Positions 18,880 to 28,527 of a stretch of DNA of 64,000 nucleotides are shown piece by piece (the first letter of the stretch is position 1; every line of letters starts with the position of its first letter). The notes beneath the pieces were generated by a model. That model ran no database searches and was not told the DNA's origin. It saw only the letters and a list, made by a program, of their open reading frames with translations. Source of the stretch: Chitinophagales bacterium. Lineage in GTDB: Bacteria > Bacteroidota > Bacteroidia > Chitinophagales > JADIYW01. The position numbers and the translations under genes are program-made. The DNA lies in contig JBGAWK010000008.1 in NCBI GenBank assembly GCA_044227665.1, forward strand, positions 7,219 to 71,218, read 5' to 3'.

Positions 18880-19584
18880 ATGAAACTTGTGAATTTGAAT
18901 AGTATAAACATAGCGGCTATGCGTGGGATGATTTTACTTTTAATTTCTGCTGCACTCTTGTCATGCAGTAAAGAAGATAAGGTAAGTACCGTATTACAAC
19001 TTATGGTGACAGATACTTCAGGCAATGTAGTACCCAATGCAGAAGTATGGCTATATCGCTATCGCAACTATTGGTCTGAAAATACTAAGGCTATAAGCGG
19101 ACCTATATATACAGATAATAATGGAGTAGTATCTATTCCTAACCTTGAAGATGTAATCTATTATTTTTGGGTACACAAGGGGGACGCCAATAATCACTTT
19201 ACGGTTCATCATACCGAAAAAGCATTAAAGACTAATAATGTGAATACTTTTAATGTAAAAATAAGACCACTCACTACCTTGGAGCATAATATGACCGGAG
19301 ATGGCAGCAAGGTGTGGAAGTTGCTAAAGCTAAAAACGCCTGACGGCACACCATTATTTGACTATCCTGTACTTACCGATATGCGTAGTAATGGAACATG
19401 GTACGATAGCAATGGACGCTTAGGATTGTGGTGGTTTAGTGATAATGAAAAAAAGATGTATTATGACTATGCCGCTACAGGTGCCATAGTAGAGAGTAAA
19501 ATTCTTGAGCTTACTGAAGATTATTTTCAGGCAGAGATTGATTTCTTTGGTATTCGTATGCAGATAGAGATGGTGCCAGAATAA
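18880..19584 (+). CDS. hypothetical lipoprotein
   Basis: Signal peptide ending in a lipobox (LLSCSKEDK), an N-terminal beta-sandwich-like segment (VTDTSGNVVPNAEVWLY), and good codon continuity. Confidence 0.6.
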   Translation: MKLVNLNSINIAAMRGMILLLISAALLSCSKEDKVSTVLQLMVTDTSGNVVPNAEVWLYRYRNYWSENTKAISGPIYTDNNGVVSIPNLEDVIYYFWVHKGDANNHFTVHHTEKALKTNNVNTFNVKIRPLTTLEHNMTGDGSKVWKLLKLKTPDGTPLFDYPVLTDMRSNGTWYDSNGRLGLWWFSDNEKKMYYDYAATGAIVESKILELTEDYFQAEIDFFGIRMQIEMVPE

Positions 19585-19606
19585 TATATTTTGCTGTAAA
19601 TTTTAG

Positions 19607-19614
19607 TACCTTTG
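19607..19614 (+). promoter_or_regulatory. candidate -7 promoter box for rnpB
   Basis: TACCTTTG (TAnnTTTG) ends 5 nt before the predicted 5' end of RNase P RNA. Confidence 0.5.
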
Positions 19615-19619
19615 CACAA

Positions 19620-19951
19620 GGCAGGTAGTGTTGTCGCTCTGTGAAAACAGGGAGGAAAGTCCGGGCAGCAACAAACATTCCGCCACCTAACAGGTGGTGA
19701 TAGGAGATATCAGGAAAGTGCCACAGAAAATATACTCGCCTTGGCGAGTGTGAAAGTGCGATGGAGTAGCAATATTCCATCCGGGCAAACCCCGGAAGCT
19801 GAAAGCTCAAATATATCCTGACTGTGGAGTCGTTTGTCTCTCGTCTGCGGACATCAGGAAGGGTAGAGTGATAGAGGCTGTCGGCGACGACAGTCCCAGA
19901 TAAATGACAATAATCTCTTAGGAGATACAGAATCCGGCTTATATACCTGCC
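19620..19951 (+). ncRNA. rnpB: RNase P RNA (bacterial type A)
   Basis: Universally conserved GGAGGAAAGTCCGGGC (P4 5' strand region) and ACAGAATCCGGCTTA (P4 3' strand). The terminal P1 helix pairs ggcaggta with tacctgcc, followed by a T-run. Confidence 0.9.
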
Positions 19952-20037
19952 TATTTTTTTTATAATTATGAATATGAGTTTTCGTTTTTATATAGTTATA
20001 CTATTTTTAACGTCTATATAGTCATTGTATATTTAGA

Positions 20038-23000
20038 TTGAAATATTTCCTCATATACTACCATAAGGTCATCTGTGCCTTAGTGCTTATTTGGGCATCT
20101 CACAATAGTGTATATAGTCAATTGCCTGATGTGAAGCATCTCGATAATAGGAGAGCGGTACATATTTATGCTCAATCTATGGCTATAAGATTGGACTCTT
20201 TACTCTGTATTCCTTCTTCATTAATAGTAAAAAACAGAGACGGTATTGTCGTAGAAGATTCCCTATACAGGTATGATACACTACGAAATACCATATATGT
20301 ATCACCTGCGGTAAAAGATACCCTCATAGCCACCTTTCGAGTGTTCCCATTCTCCGAAAGCATAAGTTACCAACCCATAGCCACCCCTCCCGAAGAGCAG
20401 AAAAGTTATAACTATATACCTTCATATCTGCTTAGTGATGACCATGTGTCGAATCCCTTTGACTGGGGGGAAGGATTGCGCTATAACGGTAGTATTTCTA
20501 GAGGACTGAGCATAGGAAATACCCAAAGTCTGGGATTAAATTCCGCCCTTAATATGCAGATTTCAGGTAGAATCAATGGATTGGAAATATTGGCAGTATT
20601 GAATGATAACACGATACCATTGGAACCAGAAGGCACCACCCAGCAAATACAGGATTTTGATAGAATATATATACAAGTAAAAAAGGACTCTACGCAGCTT
20701 ACCGCCGGAGATTTTGACATTCGTTCCTATAATCATCATTTTCTGAAATATAGCAAGCAACTGCAAGGACTAAGTTTTAATACACAGTATGATATTAAAG
20801 ACAAAATTCATATACAGCAGCGACTGTCGGCAGCAGTATCCAAAGGAAAATTTGCTAGAAACACATTCATAGGCATAGAAGGAAATCAGGGGCCGTATAG
20901 ACTTACAGGCAATAATAGGGAGACTTTTATCGTCATCATAGCAGGAAGCGAAAAGGTATATGTAGATGGACTTTTGCTCACGCGAGGGGAAGACAATGAT
21001 TATACTATGGATTACAATTCCGGTGAGATTACATTTACACCTAGGTATTTGATTACCAAAGACAAAAGGATAACCATAGACTTTGAATATTCAGACCGAT
21101 ATTATCTACGTTCATTCGTGCAAACAAATAATACATTGACCTATAAAAAACTTCAGGCATCCGTAAATGTTTATTTGGAACAGGATGCTAAGAGTAAGAC
21201 ACTATTCTATGACTTGGATAGCAGCGCCATTACACGATTGGAATACATAGGAAACAACCTCAGCGAGGCCTATATTTCGGGAGTGAGGAGGACAGAATAT
21301 ACTACAGACAGAGCTATGTATGCCATGAAAGACACTATTGCAGGGGGAGTGGTATATGATAGTGTTTTTTATTTTTCTACCGATAGTAATGAAGCCTACT
21401 ATCAATTGTCATTCTCGTATTTGGGATCTAATAGGGGAAACTATATGCCTGATAAATCTGCCTCAAATGAACGTGTGTATACCTGGGTAGCACCTATAAA
21501 TGGTGTCCCTCAGGGTGCCTATCAGCCGATAATACTTTTGGTTACACCCAAGAAAGACCACTATGTTTCGCTACAGCTTTCTCAGCAAGTAGGAAAATAC
21601 TTAACTGTATTTTCAGACTATACTTTTTCCAATAAAGATGTAAATACTTTTTCCGATAGGGATAATAAACAAAATATAGGTCATGCCGCTTGGGTAGGCA
21701 ACCAATGGCAACGCCATCTACGTAGTGATTCTACCCTTACGATTACGGAGTTTACCCAATACGAGATGCGCACCTCCGCATTTCGCCCCATGGAGCAATA
21801 TAGAGAGGTGGAATTTACGAGAGACTGGAATGCCGAACTCGACAATCGCCATACAGAACATTTTGTGAAGCAGAGCTTACATCTGGCAGACCGCAAAAAA
21901 GGACATATTGCCAATATCAAAACCGAATATCTGTACCGCAAAACCGATTATAATGGTATTAGGCAAACCGCAGATTATCAGTGGAATAAAAGATCTTGGA
22001 ACATAAATTCTATCGTGTCATGGCTCAAAAGCAAAGATTCTATACAAAAAATAATCTTCGTGCGACCCACATTGAATATGAGTAAAACTATAGAAAAAGC
22101 CTATCAATTAAAAATCAATGCCTTATGCTTCGCAGAAGTAAAAAGCCTAAAAATTAGGGATAATTATCAGGTTGGGAGCTTTGCTTTCCAGCAGACAGAG
22201 TTATCTGCTGCCACATCTTCTACTGCACCTTGGTATCTAATGTTCAAATATACCTTGCGAGATGACTATCTATCTAAGGGGACAAGATTTAGCAAAGTGA
22301 CTATTGGGCATACTTTGGAGACGAAAGGTAGTGCCAATAAACTGAAACAACAGACCTTGCAGTGGTCTTTTGCTTTGCGAAAACTACATATCAAAGACAA
22401 GTCACTTACACCCTTAGAGCATGACAACACATATCTAGGAAGGGTGGAATATGGTGTCCGCAACAAGAAAAATGTGGTGCGGTGGAATAGTATCTATGAA
22501 CTTGGAAGTGGGCAAGAAAGGGCAAGGGAATTTATATTCTTAGAGGTTCCGCAGGGGCAAGGTATTTATAAGTGGATAGACCAAAATGGTGACAGAATAC
22601 GCCAGCAAGATGAATTTATCATCGCTCAATTTTTGGATAGTGCCAATTATATCAAAGTACTTACCAATCTCAATACGTATGTACCTACAAGGCAAGTAGG
22701 TTTGTATCTGAATTTTTATTTGCAGCCACAAAAAAAATACCAAGGAGATACAAGTTTTATGGACTTCTTACGAAAATTTAGCATGAGCAGCCAGATAGAT
22801 ATGAAGCGCAAAAGTTTCAAAGGCAGCAGCGTATCACCTTTCAATCCTTTTGTTTTTGATGTAAATGACAGCAATCTCGTTTCATCAGGATTAGCCATCC
22901 GGAATGCTTTGCAATTCAATCAAGGGCATCCTATTTACAGTATCAATTATTTGTCTAATATTGTTCAGGATAAAATATTTTTGAGCAACGGCTTTGACGT

Positions 23001-23532
23001 GCGATATCGCAATGAGCATACTTTGCAGGGGTATTACAATCTGAAACGCAATTATACGTTTGCGATAAAAAGTGTTTTTGGAAAAAATGACTACACTTCC
23101 CAATTCTATGCACAAAACAGCTATGCTTTGAAGGTTAGAAATGTAGAACCTTCATTTAGTTATATATATAAAGTAAATCTTAAAGCTACCCTAGGATACT
23201 ACTTTTCAAATAAAAGAAACAATGTAGAATATGGAGGAGAAAAGAGTGGGGTACACAAAGTTTTTGTAGAAGGAAGGTATGCTGTGTCGGGGAATTTTAC
23301 GGCAGAAGTAAAATTTGCTTTTGCACAGGTCAACTACAATGGACTAAGTAATAGCACTAAATCTTACGTCTTATTAGAAGGGCTGCAACCCAACAAGAAC
23401 ATGGTATGGAATGTTCGCTTTGAAAAGTTTATAGGCAATAACCTACAACTGAGTTTAGAGTATGACGGCAGAAAGTCTATGACGGCAAAAGCTATACATA
23501 CCGGACGCATGAGTATCAGAGCCTTATTCTAA
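20038..23532 (+). CDS. large (1164 aa) putative outer-membrane beta-barrel protein, function unknown
   Basis: TTG start with a signal peptide (ALVLIWASHNSVYSQ). The sequence is rich in alternating aromatic and polar residues and ends in ...MSIRALF (aromatic C-terminus typical of OMPs). Confidence 0.6.
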   Translation: MKYFLIYYHKVICALVLIWASHNSVYSQLPDVKHLDNRRAVHIYAQSMAIRLDSLLCIPSSLIVKNRDGIVVEDSLYRYDTLRNTIYVSPAVKDTLIATFRVFPFSESISYQPIATPPEEQKSYNYIPSYLLSDDHVSNPFDWGEGLRYNGSISRGLSIGNTQSLGLNSALNMQISGRINGLEILAVLNDNTIPLEPEGTTQQIQDFDRIYIQVKKDSTQLTAGDFDIRSYNHHFLKYSKQLQGLSFNTQYDIKDKIHIQQRLSAAVSKGKFARNTFIGIEGNQGPYRLTGNNRETFIVIIAGSEKVYVDGLLLTRGEDNDYTMDYNSGEITFTPRYLITKDKRITIDFEYSDRYYLRSFVQTNNTLTYKKLQASVNVYLEQDAKSKTLFYDLDSSAITRLEYIGNNLSEAYISGVRRTEYTTDRAMYAMKDTIAGGVVYDSVFYFSTDSNEAYYQLSFSYLGSNRGNYMPDKSASNERVYTWVAPINGVPQGAYQPIILLVTPKKDHYVSLQLSQQVGKYLTVFSDYTFSNKDVNTFSDRDNKQNIGHAAWVGNQWQRHLRSDSTLTITEFTQYEMRTSAFRPMEQYREVEFTRDWNAELDNRHTEHFVKQSLHLADRKKGHIANIKTEYLYRKTDYNGIRQTADYQWNKRSWNINSIVSWLKSKDSIQKIIFVRPTLNMSKTIEKAYQLKINALCFAEVKSLKIRDNYQVGSFAFQQTELSAATSSTAPWYLMFKYTLRDDYLSKGTRFSKVTIGHTLETKGSANKLKQQTLQWSFALRKLHIKDKSLTPLEHDNTYLGRVEYGVRNKKNVVRWNSIYELGSGQERAREFIFLEVPQGQGIYKWIDQNGDRIRQQDEFIIAQFLDSANYIKVLTNLNTYVPTRQVGLYLNFYLQPQKKYQGDTSFMDFLRKFSMSSQIDMKRKSFKGSSVSPFNPFVFDVNDSNLVSSGLAIRNALQFNQGHPIYSINYLSNIVQDKIFLSNGFDVRYRNEHTLQGYYNLKRNYTFAIKSVFGKNDYTSQFYAQNSYALKVRNVEPSFSYIYKVNLKATLGYYFSNKRNNVEYGGEKSGVHKVFVEGRYAVSGNFTAEVKFAFAQVNYNGLSNSTKSYVLLEGLQPNKNMVWNVRFEKFIGNNLQLSLEYDGRKSMTAKAIHTGRMSIRALF

Positions 23533-23534
23533 TA

Positions 23535-24701
23535 TTATTCTATCTTCAATACCAAGCCTTTGAGGTATCTACCTTCGGGATGAAAAATATTTACCGGGTG
23601 GTCGGCAGGCTGCGAAAGTTGGTGTAGTATTCTGATATTCCTTCCACATTCTATGGCTGCAGCTGTAATGGTATGCGTAAAAAGTTCCAAGTCTATAACC
23701 TGGGAGCAGGAGAAAGTGAATAGCAGACCGCCTGGGGATACCGACTTTATACCTTGAATATTTAGGTTTTTATATCCGATTACAGCTTTATGTCTCTTCT
23801 GGATACTTTTAGCATAAGCGGGAGGGTCTAATATTACTATGTCATAAGGTGTAGTTACTTTCTTTAGATACTGTAGGGTATCTTCTGTAATGCTACAGTG
23901 GTCAGAAGTAAAGTTGTTGATATTGATATTGTACTCTAATGCCGACATAGCCTTTGCCGACACATCTACGGAATGTACCAAGGATGCACCTCCTGCCATA
24001 GCATATAAGGAAAATCCTCCTGTATAGCAGAACGTATTTAATACGCGTTTCCCCTTGCTATAATGCTGCAATAATTTTCTGTTCTCTCTTTGGTCTATAA
24101 AGAAGCCCGTCTTTTGACTTTCAGCTATAGAGATGGAAAAATTTATGTCATTTTCTTTGATTTGCACCTCTTGAATTCCGCCATACAGAAATTTATTTTC
24201 AACGGTGTGGGCAAATTGCTCGGGCAGGGTCTCCTTACTTTTGCTATACACATGGTGTATGCTGGGTATTGTATGCATTATGGCGGTAGAAATTTCGGGC
24301 AGAGCCTTATACATACCTATACTGTGCGCTTGAAGTACACATACATCACCATATATATCCGCAATAAGTCCAGGCATACCGTCTCCTTCGCCATGAATAA
24401 GTCTGTAACAATTGGTATGGGGTAAGTCTAAGATTTTGCGTAGCTCATAAGCGTTTTTTAGGGCACTATTCCAAAAATGGCTGTCTATGGCTAACTTCTC
24501 GAAAGCTAAAATTTTTACAGATATATTGCCATTAAAATAATGACCCGTGGCTATGATATTATTGCGATAGTCTGCAATATGTATTGTAGTACCATCTTCT
24601 ATAGGCACCGTAGGAGGTATTAGTGCTCCGCTGAACACCCAAGGATGCCGCCGTAGCAGGCTTTTTTCTTTATCTTTTTTTAGCGTAATAATAGGATACA
24701 T
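23535..24701 (-). CDS. rlmI: class I SAM-dependent rRNA (cytosine-C5) methyltransferase, RlmI-like
   Basis: Has a PUA-like N-terminus (RRHPWVFSGA), a SAM-binding motif (LNTFCYTGGFSLYA) and the DPPAYAKS motif IV. Confidence 0.75.
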   Translation of the reverse strand: MYPIITLKKDKEKSLLRRHPWVFSGALIPPTVPIEDGTTIHIADYRNNIIATGHYFNGNISVKILAFEKLAIDSHFWNSALKNAYELRKILDLPHTNCYRLIHGEGDGMPGLIADIYGDVCVLQAHSIGMYKALPEISTAIMHTIPSIHHVYSKSKETLPEQFAHTVENKFLYGGIQEVQIKENDINFSISIAESQKTGFFIDQRENRKLLQHYSKGKRVLNTFCYTGGFSLYAMAGGASLVHSVDVSAKAMSALEYNININNFTSDHCSITEDTLQYLKKVTTPYDIVILDPPAYAKSIQKRHKAVIGYKNLNIQGIKSVSPGGLLFTFSCSQVIDLELFTHTITAAAIECGRNIRILHQLSQPADHPVNIFHPEGRYLKGLVLKIE

Positions 24702-24708
24702 GATAGAC

Positions 24709-25197
24709 TTACATTTCTAACTCATAATATGTGGAGTCATAATCATTGTCAGCATCTTTGGCAATAAATTCTTTATCGGAGATATCCCAATCTTCAATAG
24801 TATATTTAGGAAAAAAAGCGTCGCCTTTAGGACTGCAATGTACCTGTGTAATATACATCCGATCTGCCAAGTCCATTGCCTGCTCGTAGATGCTGCTACC
24901 TCCTATGATAAATACTTCGCTGAGATCTTTCTCTCCTGCAAAGCGCAAAGCTTCATTGAGGTCGTTGAATACCAAGCAGTTTTCTGCTTTATAATTTTTG
25001 TCGAAAGACAATACTACATTGATGCGATTTGGCAAGGCCTTACCTATGGACTCAAAAGTCTTTCTACCCATGATGACCATCTTTCCGGTAGTGAGGTGCT
25101 TGAACCTTTTCATGTCGGCTTTGAGATGCCAGAGTAATTTATTGTCTTTGCCTATAGCATTATTATCGGCTATGGCAGCTATTATGGATATAATCAT
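24709..25197 (-). CDS. folA: dihydrofolate reductase
   Basis: [25 protein letters not shown]... and GRKTFESIG motifs. Start is set at ATG 25197, which overlaps the thyA stop by 4 nt. The track start at 25230 adds an unlikely extension. Confidence 0.88.
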   Translation of the reverse strand: MIISIIAAIADNNAIGKDNKLLWHLKADMKRFKHLTTGKMVIMGRKTFESIGKALPNRINVVLSFDKNYKAENCLVFNDLNEALRFAGEKDLSEVFIIGGSSIYEQAMDLADRMYITQVHCSPKGDAFFPKYTIEDWDISDKEFIAKDADNDYDSTYYELEM

Positions 25198-26075
25198 ACG
25201 GCTACTTCTCCTTTTATTGCTGGGTGGCAAAGATAATTTTTTAATGTAAAGTCTTCATAGCTAAAACCAAAAATATCTTTTATTTCAGGATTGATTTCCA
25301 TAGTAGGAAGAGCATGAGTGCTACGGCTAAGTTGCAACTTTACCTGCTCTATATGATTGGTATATATATGTGCATCGCCAAATGTATGTACAAAATCGCC
25401 AGCTTCGAGGTTACATACCTGTGCTATCATAAGGGTAAGCAAGGCATACGATGCAATATTGAAAGGCACGCCCAAGAATGCATCGGCACTACGCTGGTAT
25501 AGCTGGCATGATAGCTTGCCATTCAATACATAAAATTGGAAAATAGAATGACAGGGTGGCAATGTCATCCGGTCAATATCTGCTACATTCCATGCACTTA
25601 CTATCAATCTTCGAGAATCGGGATTGGTTTTTATTTGCTGAATCAAGTTCTGTATCTGATCTACATAGCTGCCGTCGGGGCAATGCCATTGCCGCCATTG
25701 TGAGCCATATACAGGCCCTAAATTTCCCCATTTTTGCGCAAAAAGCTCATCCTCTGCTATACGTTCGGCAAAAGTTTTCATGTCTATGCCGTCATAGTCT
25801 GTACTTTTTTGATATTGTGCAAAAGGCCAGTCATCCCATATTCTTACGCCATTCCTACATAGGTAACGGATATTGGTGTCGCCACGCAGAAACCATAATA
25901 ATTCTATAATTATGGATTTGAGATGCACCCGTTTTGTAGTAACTAAGGGAAATCCTTCAGCTAAATTGAAGCGCATCTGATAGCCAAATACACTTATAGT
26001 TCCTGTTCCTGTACGATCTTCTTTGTGTACGCCATGACTCAAAATATGAGATAAAAAATCTAAATACTGCTTCAC
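25194..26075 (-). CDS. thyA: thymidylate synthase
   Basis: MKQYLDFL...[12 protein letters not shown], the active-site PPCH motif ([12 protein letters not shown]) and [18 protein letters not shown]. Confidence 0.95.
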   Translation of the reverse strand: MKQYLDFLSHILSHGVHKEDRTGTGTISVFGYQMRFNLAEGFPLVTTKRVHLKSIIIELLWFLRGDTNIRYLCRNGVRIWDDWPFAQYQKSTDYDGIDMKTFAERIAEDELFAQKWGNLGPVYGSQWRQWHCPDGSYVDQIQNLIQQIKTNPDSRRLIVSAWNVADIDRMTLPPCHSIFQFYVLNGKLSCQLYQRSADAFLGVPFNIASYALLTLMIAQVCNLEAGDFVHTFGDAHIYTNHIEQVKLQLSRSTHALPTMEINPEIKDIFGFSYEDFTLKNYLCHPAIKGEVAV

Positions 26076-26084
26076 AGTTGCAAA

Positions 26085-26261
26085 TTACAACTTTTTTGTA
26101 TCTAAAATTTCCTTTCTAATTGCTGTGGCCAATTCTTTTACTTCCTGTAGCCCTTTTCTTATGCGAATTCCAGCACTTTTATTCTTATTATGTGTAAATT
26201 TATCCATGTCTATAGAAATATTTTCTACTATGGATTTGATTTTTAGATATTTTTCTTTCAT
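26085..26261 (-). CDS. histone H1-like small basic protein
   Basis: 58 aa and Lys-rich (KSAGIRIRKGLQEVKELATAIRKEILDTKK). This matches the short H1-like proteins common in Bacteroidota. ATG 26261 is preferred over GTG 26276. Confidence 0.55.
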   Translation of the reverse strand: MKEKYLKIKSIVENISIDMDKFTHNKNKSAGIRIRKGLQEVKELATAIRKEILDTKKL

Positions 26262-26321
26262 CGTAAATTTCAACACTAATATAATAAAATGTTGATATAT
26301 ATGCGAAATTTTTGAAATTTT

Positions 26322-26864
26322 TTAATAGCAATTGCAAGCATAGTCCGTTTCTAAATCTATAGCTGTAACTACTTTGGTTTCATGATTGCAGGCCGCAAAT
26401 ACGATTCTGATGAGTTGGCCATCTTCCGATCTGTCTTCTATAGCATAAGTAGGACAGGGCTTGTCGTGAGTATCACTTTTTTTATAATTTATTATTCCTT
26501 CGTCTAATACTTCTATGATTTCATCATTATTTATTTGTCGGCATGACATTCTGCACTTGGCATGTTTGGTCAAGGTAAGATGACGTGCTTTTAGCTGTGC
26601 TAAGATTTCTTTATCCTCGGATGTCTGTTTGGCTGTGCTGGTATGTTTACTGGTTTCAGCCTCATTTTGTTCATAGAGTATATGTGTAATATTCGATTCG
26701 CGTTGTTCCATTTGACTTTCGGAAATATAGCCTGTGTTATCATTTTCAGGTAAATGCTCATCAGGTGTATTACAACTGCTAAGGCAAGATAAAATGTTAA
26801 AATATGTGAATAAAAATAAAAAGGTGTGATATTTGTAGGCTTTTAAAAAGAATGATAAATACAT
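26322..26864 (-). CDS. DUF4258-like (toxin-fold) domain protein with lipoprotein signal peptide
   Basis: The N-terminus has a lipobox (ILSCLSSC), followed by an acidic, polar linker. The C-terminal ~85 aa (LTKHAKCRMSCRQINNDEIIEVL...IRIVFAACNHETKVVTAIDL) resembles DUF4258, judged from memory. Confidence 0.55.
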   Translation of the reverse strand: MYLSFFLKAYKYHTFLFLFTYFNILSCLSSCNTPDEHLPENDNTGYISESQMEQRESNITHILYEQNEAETSKHTSTAKQTSEDKEILAQLKARHLTLTKHAKCRMSCRQINNDEIIEVLDEGIINYKKSDTHDKPCPTYAIEDRSEDGQLIRIVFAACNHETKVVTAIDLETDYACNCY

Positions 26865-27463
26865 TTTCACGAGTACTGTTTTTTATTTGTGTACTACAAA
26901 TATACACGGCTTCCTATGCCGCAGACAAAAAATTTGATATTATCCAAAATGGCAAAAGTATAGGAACAGCCACATTAAGTGATATTAATGATAATAAATC
27001 ACAAACTACAACATATACCTTCCAGTGTGATTATATAATGAACATAGGTATGGAAATTTCTATTTCCGACTTTCTGGCCTCTACTTTTTCAAAAGATACT
27101 TTACAAAGCTGCAAAGTGATAAGTAAATTGAATGGCAAAGATAGATTTACGGTTGAGCAGTCTATAAATGCAGATAAATCATACAAGCGTACCGTAAATA
27201 AAAAAGCTATCGAAATGACTATTACGCCCATTGTGTATAGCTACGTACTGATGTATGTCAAGATGCCTAATCCCTCTGTAAAATCAGTATATTCTGAATA
27301 TTACGGCAAAAATATTGACATAAAAAAGACTGGTGAAAACACGTATTTCGTAGGAACGAGTACTGCTAATAAATCTACATTTTATTATGATGCCAAAGGT
27401 GAATTAAAGAAAGTAAGCGTAATTTCTTCTATAGGCTCATTTGATATAATTCCTGCTAAATAA
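26852..27463 (+). CDS. hypothetical secreted protein
   Basis: 203 aa with a signal peptide (VLFFICVLQIYTASYA). Its ATG start overlaps the start of the divergent DUF4258-like gene by 13 nt. Confidence 0.5.
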   Translation: MINTFSRVLFFICVLQIYTASYAADKKFDIIQNGKSIGTATLSDINDNKSQTTTYTFQCDYIMNIGMEISISDFLASTFSKDTLQSCKVISKLNGKDRFTVEQSINADKSYKRTVNKKAIEMTITPIVYSYVLMYVKMPNPSVKSVYSEYYGKNIDIKKTGENTYFVGTSTANKSTFYYDAKGELKKVSVISSIGSFDIIPAK

Positions 27464-27468
27464 TTGCA

Positions 27469-28488
27469 TCAAAGGATATTTACTTCCATCTCTAATTCGA
27501 TACCAAAGGTATCTGCCACAGATTTTTGTACATCGTAAGCATGGTGTAAAATTTCTTTACCCGTTGCGCCACCATAGTTTACAATTACCAAGGGTTGACG
27601 TATATGATTACCCGTATTGCCCACTATTTTTCCTTTCCATCCACATTGCTCAATAAGCCACGCCGCAGGTATTTTTACTTTTTCATCGGAGGTAGGGTAG
27701 TGAGGCATATCGGGATATTTATCATTTAATTTTTTGAACCATAGAGAGGATATTACAGGATTTTTGAAAAAACTTCCTGCATTACCTAGCTCTTTGGGAT
27801 TAGGCAGCTTGGAATTTCTGATATATATTACAGCCTCCGCTACATCTGCAATGCTAGGATTCTGAACTTTTCTTTCTGCTAAGACTTTCTGTATATCGCC
27901 GTACTTGCTATGAATTTTTGGATTTTTATCCAATTTTAGCACTATGGAAGTGATAAAATATTTGTTTTTGGCTTCTCTCTTAAAAATACTGTCTCTGTAA
28001 CCAAACCGGCATTGATGGTTAGAGAAAGTGGTATCTTCAGCGGTATTCATGTCTATGGCATGTATAGCTGTGAGCACTTCCTTGATTTCGCATCCATAGG
28101 CGCCAATATTTTGTATAGGTGCGGCCCCCACAGTGCCGGGTATTAATGCTAAATTTTCTATCCCTCCATAATTATGGGCTACAGCATAACGCACTACCTC
28201 ATGCCATATCGTTCCTGACATGATTTGTAGCCAAATATTATTTTCATCCTCATCTATTGTATGAATACCTTGCAAATCATTGTGGATTACTAACCCATCA
28301 ATATTTCTTGTAAAAAGTATATTACTGCCACTACCGAGAATTAAGATACTATGAAAATTTGAAATATCATTTTGTATAAGTTCTTGTAAATCATTTATTT
28401 TATCAATATTTGTAAAATAATTACTTGAAATATCTAATCCAAAAGTATTGTACTGTAGTAGCGGCTTATTTGTAGTGATTGCATACAT
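27469..28488 (-). CDS. murB: UDP-N-acetylmuramate dehydrogenase
   Basis: 339 aa with an FAD-binding PCMH domain (LGSGSNILF), GAAPIQNIGAYG and C-terminal AAWLIEQCGWKG motifs. Confidence 0.9.
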   Translation of the reverse strand: MYAITTNKPLLQYNTFGLDISSNYFTNIDKINDLQELIQNDISNFHSILILGSGSNILFTRNIDGLVIHNDLQGIHTIDEDENNIWLQIMSGTIWHEVVRYAVAHNYGGIENLALIPGTVGAAPIQNIGAYGCEIKEVLTAIHAIDMNTAEDTTFSNHQCRFGYRDSIFKREAKNKYFITSIVLKLDKNPKIHSKYGDIQKVLAERKVQNPSIADVAEAVIYIRNSKLPNPKELGNAGSFFKNPVISSLWFKKLNDKYPDMPHYPTSDEKVKIPAAWLIEQCGWKGKIVGNTGNHIRQPLVIVNYGGATGKEILHHAYDVQKSVADTFGIELEMEVNIL

Positions 28489-28527
28489 GGCGGTAAAAAT
28501 AATCTGTAATTTCAGAATTACAAGGAA

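Noticed and set aside
19511-19810. A 99-aa minus-strand ORF.
   Set aside because: It overlaps the RNase P RNA gene, whose conserved elements explain the sequence. The ORF is spurious.
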